Shown here piece by piece: positions 54,125 through 64,000 of a stretch of 64,000 nt of DNA. The first letter of the stretch is position 1. Each line of letters begins with the position of its first letter. Below the pieces are notes generated by a model, which did not search any database, was not told the DNA's origin, and saw only the letters and a program-made list of their open reading frames with translations. Source of the stretch: Haplodiscus bocki (taxonomy: Eukaryota); NCBI GenBank assembly GCA_965655095.1, contig OZ296659.1:35340001-35404000 (forward strand), given 5' to 3'. Both the position numbers and the translations under genes were made by a program.

Positions 54125-57100
54125 AAGTGACTTGAGTGAAACAACTTGTTTTTGTAAATCGTCATTCTGGGACTGCAAGACGTCTTTATGTTTTGTCAAC
54201 GAGGACACAAATTGTAGCCCAGATTGGTGGAACTTTTCTGCTAACTCAATATGAATCTTCAGCACTGGCGAAAATCGAAGCTGATTGGGTTGTGCACCCT
54301 GTTTTTTCCCTTTATGCCAAAAAATCAATCTGAGTCGTTCTCTTCCCTACTCAGGAATCAAATATTTGACTTCACTGGAAACAATAATGTTCGCAGATAC
54401 CTTTGGTGCGTTGTTTTTTTCAATTGGGAATGCTTGGGGCAATATCCTAATGTCTGAGACAAATGCCTGCAACTTCTATGACCTCAAGTTATAACTATCA
54501 CCCAGAGGCTCACATGCACTTCTGCGCACAGGTGTGCTTGATGAAACGGAGTTACTCTAGCGATCACGTCTCCACTCGCTTTTTTTCCGGACAGATACAT
54601 CCAAAAACTTTGATGTGTTGGGTTTTTGAGACAAAACTACAGGCAGTTTTAACAGTTACTCTTTTTTAGTCATCAAAGCAACTTTTGCGAGCTGTTTCTG
54701 AAGATTTCATTCAAAATCTTTTTCCGCATTTATCAGAGAGACTCGTTGATCATGATGAAACATCAATGTCTCATAATTTGACAATGCTTTTTGGCGAAGG
54801 GATCTGTTGCCATCAACTTCAGCAAGAGAGCAGTCGGGGGTCAAAAATAACCAGTCACTCCGACTGAAAAACACGTGTTTCTTTTTGATAACTGTATTCA
54901 AAGCTATAGAAAATCATCTGCATTGGAAAATACTGTTTCTTATCACGTAACTTTAGTGAAAATAAATTTCGAGAAGTTATATAAAAGTTAATACAAACAT
55001 TGAGTTCGTGAAACTTGCTGCCAAAATAAAGACAACATAAAACTAAAACTTTGTAGCTGATTCATTAGGTGAATGCAATCAAGGAATTCATTATTAACAT
55101 CAGAATAAGAATCATCAACTTCGGATACAAAATCCCCGTCTCCATTTCATCCTGTTGTGTTGCTTGTTGTATCTGTCCTTGCTTTGTTGACTGCTCTTCT
55201 GTTTTTGAAGAAAGAAGTCTTGAAATTTGGATAAGGAAACTTGTTTTGTATTTCACCTGAAGGGTGAAAATTCTGCTACTTATTTTTGAATTAGCTTTTG
55301 GAAACGGTTGTCCAAAAAAATAGCGCTTTAGAGATTAACGGAATTACTAACAACTACCAGCAAAATGTCTCGAAATCGTTTTCGAGCGTTGTTCAATATA
55401 CCACTCTGCTGACTTCAGAACGTGCACTTTTGAGACACGAGGAAGAACGTAGACATGAGCCGATTTCGATACGGGATTTTTGTTCTCAGGAAGAAATACT
55501 GAAGATGTAAACTTACTGAAGCTTTCGCGTGAAGTTCTGTTCAGTCCATTTCCTGGATCAAAGCCCAAGAATAGATACACGATTAGAAGGGCTAACGTCT
55601 GAAGTCATCAACACCCTCTGCATCTGCTTTTGATCTCCTACCTTTTCTTTCAGAATCTTTCATGCAATCAGGGAGTCCCTCATTTGCCCAAATTGCCGCT
55701 CTGAGGTACCTCCAATACTTCTCTTTGTTGCAACCAATGCAGCTTTTTTCTGGAATCATTCCTTTGCAGAAACTTCCATCGCTCGCCATGGGCTCCTCCA
55801 AATCTGAATCAAGCTTGTGCTCTGACCTTTCGCTTTGCTTTCCGGCGGCATCTTTGAGGTAAATCGATGCGGTTTCATTCAAACACGAATTGCATCGACT
55901 TCCTAAAGAACTTCCTACCAGTTAATGAGAAGAAATGGAACCTGCCTAACTTTCAGGTAACTCAGAGCTAACACACAATGGTATAGACGTACTATAATTT
56001 TTGCTAACAAGTGACTTGAGTGAAACAACTTGTTTTTGTAAATCGTCATTCTGGGACTGCAAGACGTTTTCTTATTTTGTCAACGAGGACACAAATTGTA
56101 GCCCAGATTGGTGGAACTTTTCTGCTAACTCAATATATATTTGCAGCACTGGCGAAAATCGAAGCTGGTTGACTTGTGCACCCTTTTTTTCTCACTTTAT
56201 GCCAAAAATTCAATCTGAGTCGTTATTTTTCTAACTCAGGAATCAGTTTTTTGATTTCACCGGAGACAACACTGTTCGCACAGACTTTTCGTGTGTTCGT
56301 TTTTTTCAATTAGGAAGGCTTGGAGCAGTATCTTAATGTCTGAGACAAATGCCTTCAACTTCTATGCCCGCAAGTATTAACTATCACCCAGAGGCTCACA
56401 TGCACTTCTGCGCACAGGTGTGCTTGATGAAACGGAGTTACTCTAGTGATCTCGACTCCACTCGCTTTTTTTTCCGGACAGATACTTCCGAAAAGTTTGA
56501 TGTGTTGGGTTTTCGAGACAAAACTACAGGCATTTTCCTTTTCAACAGTGACTACTTTTTAGTCATCAAAGCAACTTTTGCGAGCTGTTTCTGAAGAATT
56601 CATTCCACATCTTTTGTCCCCTTTATCGGAGAAACTCGTTGATCATGATGAAACATCAATGTCTCATTTTGACAGTGCATTTTTGCAAAGAGATCTGTTG
56701 CCATCAACTTCAGCAAGAGAGCAGTCGGGAATCAAAAATAACCAGTCACTGAGACTGAAAAACAACTGATTCGTTTTGATAACTGTATTCAAAACTATAG
56801 AGTTTCATCTGCATTGGAAAATACATTTTCTTATCACATAACTTTATTGAATAGAAACTTCGAGAAGCTATATAAAAGTTAATACAAACATTGAGCTCGT
56901 GAAACTTGCTGCCAAATTAATGACAACCTAAAATTGAAACTATATAGATGATTCATTAGGCGAATGCAATCAAGAAATTCATTGATGACATCAGAATAAA
57001 AATAATCCACTTCGGATACAAAATCCCCGTCTCCATTTCATCCTGTTGTGTTGCTAATTGTATCTGTCCTTGCTTTGTTGACCTCTCTTCTGTTCTTGAA

Positions 57101-60100
57101 GAAAGAGTTCTTGAAATGTGGATAAGGAAACTTGTTTTGTATTCCACCTGAAGAGTGAAAATTCTGCTACTTATTTTTGAGTTAGATTTCGGAAACTGAT
57201 CCCCAAAAATATAGCGCTTTAGAGATTAACGGAATTACTAACAACTACCAGCAAAATGTCTCGAAATCGTTTTCGAGCGTTCTTCAATATACCATTCTGC
57301 TGACTTCAGAAAGTGAATTTTTGAGACAGGAGGAACAACGTAGACATGAGCCAATTTTGATACGGAATTTTTGTTCTCAGGAAGAAATACTGAAGTTGTA
57401 AACTTACTGAAGCTTTCGCTTGAAGTTCTGTTCAGTCCATTTCCTGGATCAAAGCCCAAGATTTTTTACACGATTAGAACGGCTAACGTCTGAGGGCGTC
57501 AACACCCTCTGCATCTGCTTTTGATCTCCCACCTTTTCTTTCAGAATCTTTCATGCAATCAGGGAGTCCCTCATTTCCCCAAATTGCCACTCTGAGGTAC
57601 CTCCGAAACTTATCTTTGTTGCAACCAATGCAGCTTTTTTCTGGAGTCTTGCCTTTGCAGAAAATTCCTTTGCTCGCCATGGGCTCCTCCAATTCTGAAT
57701 CAAGCTTGTGCTCTGAGCTTTCGCTTTGCTTTCCGGCGGCATCTTTGAGGTAAATCGATGCGGTTTCATTCAAACACGAATTGCTTCGACTTCCTAAAGA
57801 ACTTCCTACCAGTTAATGAGAAGAAATGGAACCTGCCTAAACTTCAGGTAACTCAGAGCTAACACACAATGGTCTAGACGTACTATAATCTTCGCTAACA
57901 AGTGACTTGAGTGAAACAACTTGTTTTTGTAAATCGTCATTCTGGGACTGCAAGACGTCTTTATGTTTTGTCAACGAGGACACAAATTGTAGCCCAGATT
58001 GGTGGAACTTTTCTGCTAACTCAATATGAATCTTCAGCACTGGCGAAAATCGAAGCTGATTGGGTTGTGCACCCTGTTTTTTCCCTTTATGCCAAAAAAT
58101 CAATCTGAGTCGTTCTCTTCCCTACTCAGGAATCAAATATTTGACTTCACTGGAAACAATAATGTTCGCAGATACCTTTGGTGCGTTGTTTTTTTCAATT
58201 GGGAATGCTTGGGGCAATATCCTAATGTCTGAGACAAATGCCTGCAACTTCTATGACCTCAAGTTATAACTATCACCCAGAGGCTCACATGCACTTCTGC
58301 GCACAGGTGTGCTTGATGAAACGGAGTTACTCTAGCGATCACGTCTCCACTCGCTTTTTTTCCGGACAGATACATCCAAAAACTTTGATGTGTTGGGTTT
58401 TTGAGACAAAACTACAGGCAGTTTTAACAGTTACTCTTTTTTAGTCATCAAAGCAACTTTTGCGAGCTGTTTCTGAAGATTTCATTCAAAATCTTTTTCC
58501 GCATTTATCAGAGAGACTCGTTGATCATGATGAAACATCAATGTCTCATAATTTGACAATGCTTTTTGGCGAAGGGATCTGTTGCCATCAACTTCAGCAA
58601 GAGAGCAGTCGGGGGTCAAAAATAACCAGTCACTCCGACTGAAAAACACGTGTTTCTTTTTGATAACTGTATTCAAAGCTATAGAAAATCATCTGCATTG
58701 GAAAATACTGTTTCTTATCACGTAACTTTAGTGAAAATAAATTTCGAGAAGTTATATAAAAGTTAATACAAACATTGAGTTCGTGAAACTTGCTGCCAAA
58801 ATAAAGACAACATAAAACCAAAACTTTGTAGCTGATTCATTAGGTGAATGCAATCAAGGAATTCATTATTAACATCAGAATAAGAATCATCAACTTCGGA
58901 TACAAAATCCCCGTCTCCATTTCATCCTGTTGTGTTGCTTGTTGTATCTGTCCTTGCTTTGTTGACTGCTCTTCTGTTTTTGAAGAAAGAAGTCTTGAAA
59001 TTTGGATAAGGAAACTTGTTTTGTATTTCACCTGAAGGGTGAAAATTCTGCTACTTATTTTTGAATTAGCTTTTGGAAACTGTTGTCCAAAAAAATAGCG
59101 CTTTAGAGATTAACGGAATTACTAACAACTACCAGCAAAATGTCTCGAAATCGTTTTCGAGCGTTGTTCAATATACCACTCTGCTGACTTCAGAACGTGC
59201 ACTTTTGAGACACGAGGAAGAACGTAGACATGAGCCGATTTCGATACGGGATTTTTGTTCTCAGGAAGAAATACTGAAGATGTAAACTTACTGAAGCTTT
59301 CGCGTGAAGTTCTGTTCAGTCCATTTCCTGGATCAAAGCCCAAGAATAGATACACGATTAGAAGGGCTAACGTCTGAAGTCATCAACACCCTCTGCATCT
59401 GCTTTTGATCTCCTACCTTTTCTTTCAGAATCTTTCATGCAATCAGGGAGTCCCTCATTTGCCCAAATTGCCGCTCTGAGGTACCTCCAATACTTCTCTT
59501 TGTTGCAACCAATGCAGCTTTTTTCTGGAATCATTCCTTTGCAGAAACTTCCATCGCTCGCCATGGGCTCCTCCAAATCTGAATCAAGCTTGTGCTCTGA
59601 CCTTTCGCTTTGCTTTCCGGCGGCATCTTTGAGGTAAATCGATGCGGTTTCATTCAAACACGAATTGCATCGACTTCCTAAAGAACTTCCTACCAGTTAA
59701 TGAGAAGAAATGGAACCTGCCTAACTTTCAGGTAACTCAGAGCTAACACACAATGGTATAGACGTACTATAATTTTTGCTAACAAGTGACTTGAGTGAAA
59801 CAACTTGTTTTTGTAAATCGTCATTCTGGGACTGCAGGACGTTTTCTTATTTTGTCAACGAGGACACAAATTGTAGCCCAGATTGGTGGAACTTTTCTGC
59901 TAACTCAATATATATTTGCAGCACTGGCGAAAATCGAAGCTGGTTGACTTGTGCACCCTTTTTTTCTCACTTTATGCCAAAAATTCAATCTGAGTCGTTA
60001 TTTTTCTAACTCAGGAATCAGTTTTTTGATTTCACCGGAGACAACACTGTTCGCACAGACTTTTCGTGTGTTCGTTTTTTTCAATTAGGAAGGCTTGGAG

Positions 60101-61725
60101 CAGTATCTTAATGTCTGAGACAAATGCCTTCAACTTCTATGCCCGCAAGTATTAACTATCACCCAGAGGCTCACATGCACTTCTGCGCACAGGTGTGCTT
60201 GATGAAACGGAGTTACTCTAGTGATCTCGACTCCACTCGCTTTTTTTTCCGGACAGATACTTCCGAAAAGTTTGATGTGTTGGGTTTTCGAGACAAAACT
60301 ACAGGCATTTTCCTTTTCAACAGTGACTACTTTTTAGTCATCAAAGCAACTTTTGCGAGCTGTTTCTGAAGAATTCATTCCACATCTTTTGTCCCCTTTA
60401 TCGGAGAAACTCGTTGATCATGATGAAACATCAATGTCTCATTTTGACAGTGCATTTTTGCAAAGAGATCTGTTGCCATCAACTTCAGCAAGAGAGCAGT
60501 CGGGAATCAAAAATAACCAGTCACTGAGACTGAAAAACAACTGATTCGTTTTGATAACTGTATTCAAAACTATAGAGTTTCATCTGCATTGGAAAATACA
60601 TTTTCTTATCACATAACTTTATTGAATAGAAACTTCGAGAAGCTATATAAAAGTTAATACAAACATTGAGCTCGTGAAACTTGCTGCCAAATTAATGACA
60701 ACCTAAAATTGAAACTATATAGATGATTCATTAGGCGAATGCAATCAAGAAATTCATTGATGACATCAGAATAAAAATAATCCACTTCGGATACAAAATC
60801 CCCGTCTCCATTTCATCCTGTTGTGTTGCTAATTGTATCTGTCCTTGCTTTGTTGACCTCTCTTCTGTTCTTGAAGAAAGAGTTCTTGAAATGTGGATAA
60901 GGAAACTTGTTTTGTATTCCACCTGAAGAGTGAAAATTCTGCTACTTATTTTTGAGTTAGATTTCGGAAACTGATCCCCAAAAATATAGCGCTTTAGAGA
61001 TTAACGGAATTACTAACAACTACCAGCAAAATGTCTCGAAATCGTTTTCGAGCGTTCTTCAATATACCATTCTGCTGACTTCAGAAAGTGAATTTTTGAG
61101 ACAGGAGGAACAACGTAGACATGAGCCAATTTTGATACGGAATTTTTGTTCTCAGGAAGAAATACTGAAGTTGTAAACTTACTGAAGCTTTCGCTTGAAG
61201 TTCTGTTCAGTCCATTTCCTGGATCAAAGCCCAAGATTTTTTACACGATTAGAACGGCTAACGTCTGAGGGCGTCAACACCCTCTGCATCTGCTTTTGAT
61301 CTCCCACCTTTTCTTTCAGAATCTTTCATGCAATCAGGGAGTCCCTCATTTCCCCAAATTGCCACTCTGAGGTACCTCCGAAACTTATCTTTGTTGCAAC
61401 CAATGCAGCTTTTTTCTGGAGTCTTGCCTTTGCAGAAAATTCCTTTGCTCGCCATGGGCTCCTCCAATTCTGAATCAAGCTTGTGCTCTGAGCTTTCGCT
61501 TTGCTTTCCGGCGGCATCTTTGAGGTAAATCGATGCGGTTTCATTCAAACACGAATTGCTTCGACTTCCTAAAGAACTTCCTACCAGTTAATGAGAAGAA
61601 ATGGAACCTGCCTAAACTTCAGGTAACTCAGAGCTAACACACAATGGTCTAGACGTACTATAATCTTCGCTAACAAGTGACTTGAGTGAAACAACTTGTT
61701 TTTGTAAATCGTCATTCTGGGACTG
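54125..61725. repeat. Dimeric higher-order repeat: 2 x 3,775 bp (1,884 + 1,891), alternating B-like and A-like monomers
   Basis: ORF pairs 54136/57911, 54463/58238, 55298/59073, 56001/59776, 56956/60731 and 57483/61258 are all offset by 3,775. Only about three substitutions noticed by eye between the two dimers, while adjacent monomers differ extensively. Confidence 0.95.
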
Positions 61726-64000
61726 CAAGACGTTTTTATATTTTGTCAACAAGGACACAAGTTGTAGCCCGGACTGTTGGATCTTTTCTGCTAACTCAAT
61801 ATATATTTGCAGCACTCGCGAAAAACGAAGCTGGTTGGGCTGTGCACGCTATTTTTCTCACTTTATGCCAAAAATTCAATCTGAATCGTTATTTTTCTAA
61901 CTCAGGAATCAAATTTTTGATTTCACCGGAAACAACACTTCGCACATACTTTTCGTGCGTTCGTTTTTTTCAATTAGGAAGGCTTGGAGCAGTATCTTAA
62001 TGTCTGAGACAAATGCCTGCAACTTCTATGCCCGCAAGTATTAACTATCACCCAGAGGCTCACATGCACTTCTGCGCACAAGTGTGCTTGATGAAACGGA
62101 GTTACTCTAGTGATCTCGACTCCACTCGCTTTTTTGCCGGACAGATACGTCCGAAAAGTTTGATGTGTTGGGTTTTTGAGACAAAACTACAGGCATTTTC
62201 CTTTTCAACAGTGACTACTTTTTAGTCATCAAAGCAACTTTTGCGAGCTGTTACTCAAAAATTCATTCCACATCTTTTGCCGCCTTTATCGGAGAAACTC
62301 GTTGATCATGATGAAACATCAATGTCTCATTTTGACAGTGCAGTTTTGCAAAGAGATCTGTTGCCATCAACTTCAGCAAAAAAGCAGTCGGGAATCAAAA
62401 ATAACCAGTCACTGCGACTGAAAAACAACTGATTTGTTTTGATAACTGTATTCAAAACTATAGAATTCCATCTGCATTGGAAAATACATTTTCTTTTCAC
62501 GTAACTTTATTGAATAGAAACTTCGAGAAGCTATATAAAAGTTAATGCAAACATTGAGTTCGTGAAACTTGCTGCCAAATTAATGACAACCTAAAATGGA
62601 AACTATATAGATGATTCATTAGGCGAATGCAATCAAGAAATTCATTGATGACATCAGAATAAAAGTAATCCACTTCGGATACAAAATCCCCGTCTCCATT
62701 TCATCCTGTTGTGTTGCTAATTGTATCTGTCCTTGCTATGTTGACCTCTCTTCTGTTCTTGAAGAAAGAGTTCTTGAAATGTGGATAAGGAAACTTGTTT
62801 TGTATTCCACCTGAAGAGTGAAAATTCTGCTACTGATTTTTGAGTTAGATTTCGGAAACTGATCTCCAAAAATATAGCGCTTTAGAGATTAACGGAATTA
62901 CTAACAACTCCCAGCAAAATGTCTCGAAATCGTTTTCGAGCGTTCTTCAATATACCATTCTGCTGACTTCAGAAAGTGAATTTTTGAGACAGGAGGAACA
63001 ACGTAGACATGAGCCATTTTTGATACGGAATTTTTGTTCTCAGGAAGAAATACTGAAGTTGTAAACTTACTGAAGCTTTCGCTCGAAATTCTGTTCAGTC
63101 CATTTCCTGTATCAAAGCCCAAGAATAGATACACGATTAGAAGGGCTCTTGTCTGAATGCATCAACACCCTCTGCATCTGCTTTTGATCTCCCACCTTTT
63201 CTTTTAGAATCTTTCATGCAATCAGGGAGTCCCTCATTTCCCCAAATTGCCACTCTGAGGTACCTCCAATAGTTCTCTTTGTTGCAACCAATGCAGTTTT
63301 TTTCTGGAATCATTCCTTTGCAGAAACTTCCATCGCTCGCCATGGGCTCCTCCAATTCTGAATCAAGCTTGTGCTCTGACCTTTCGCTTTGCTTTCCGGC
63401 GGAATCTTTGTGGTAAATCGATGCGGTTTCATTCAAACACGAATTGCATCGCCTTCCTAAAGAACTTCCTACCAGTTATTGAGAAGAAATGGAAGCTGCC
63501 TAAACTTCAGGTAACTCAGAGCTAACACACAATGGTATAGACGTACTATAATTTTCGCTAACAAGTGACTTGAGTGAAACAACTTGTTTTTGTAAATCGT
63601 CATTCTGGGACTGCAAGACGTCTTTATATTTTGTCAACGAGGACACAAATTGTAGCCCAGATTGGTGGAACTTTTCTGCTAACTCAATATGAATCTTCAG
63701 CACTGGCGAAAATCGAAGCTGATTCGGTTGTGCACCTTGTTTTTTCCCTTTATGCCAAAAAATCAATCTGAGTCGTTCTTTTCCTGACTCAGGAATCAAA
63801 TATTTGACTTCACTGGAAACAACACTGTTCTCACATGCTTTTCGTGCGTTCGTTTTTTTCAATTAGGAAGGCTTGGAGCAGTATCTTAATGTCTGAGACA
63901 AATGCCTGCAACTTCTATGCCCGCAAGTATTAACTATCACCCAGAGGCTCACATGCACTTCTGTGCACAGGTGTGTTTGATTAAACGGAGTTACTCTAGC

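Larger units (their letters stand above)
1..64000. repeat. Tandem macrosatellite array, ~1,885-bp monomer, ~34 copies, head-to-tail, extends beyond both window edges
   Basis: The same landmark (stop of the recurrent minus-strand 'YLFLGFDPG...' ORF) lies at 693, 2582, 4466, 6350, 8230, 10107, 11989, 13871, 15751, 17631, 19513, 21414, 23283, ~25152, 27036, 28920, ~30805, 32691, 34575, 36460, 38344, 40229, 42113, 43997, 45892, 47787, 49682, 51575, ~53463, 55347, 57238, 59122, 61013, 62901. Spacings are 1,869-1,901 bp. No unique sequence or inversion seen. Confidence 0.99.

Noticed and set aside
644-63862. The 60-156 aa ORFs as functional genes or a tandem gene family
   Set aside because: They are short, mostly start at TTG/GTG, overlap on both strands, and gain or lose stops and frameshifts from copy to copy. 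No copy has an intact long ORF.
1-64000. CRISPR array, rDNA/5S/snRNA/histone tandem cluster, or tandem LTR/DNA transposons
   Set aside because: No short repeat-spacer pattern, no recognisable structural RNA or histone sequence, and no LTR pair, terminal inverted repeat, poly(A) tail or target-site duplication that I could find in the monomer.

Overview
The whole 64 kb window is one uninterrupted head-to-tail tandem array (macrosatellite) of a ~1,885-bp AT-rich monomer, about 34 copies, all in the same orientation and running off both window edges. A conserved landmark falls at 693, 2582, 4466 ... 62901, giving monomer lengths of 1,869-1,901 bp (mean 62208/33 = 1,885). I see no intact gene, RNA gene, CRISPR array or inserted transposon. 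The hundreds of short ORFs are the same few fragments repeated in every copy. Two things stand out. (1) The minus strand of the monomer carries the relic of one long reading frame (about 400 codons, possibly about 570) broken by only a few stops, most of them polymorphic between copies, so the satellite appears to derive from a protein-coding segment I cannot identify. (2) The array is structured: a homogeneous core (~25.7-44.2 kb) is flanked on both sides by roughly mirror-ordered older variant layers, with recent local duplications, a triplication, a 3,775-bp dimeric higher-order repeat, long-range patch exchange between monomers and microhomology deletions. This architecture resembles eukaryotic centromeric or pericentromeric satellite arrays, but that function is inference only. 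All comparisons were made by eye and from the ORF track, so block boundaries are approximate.
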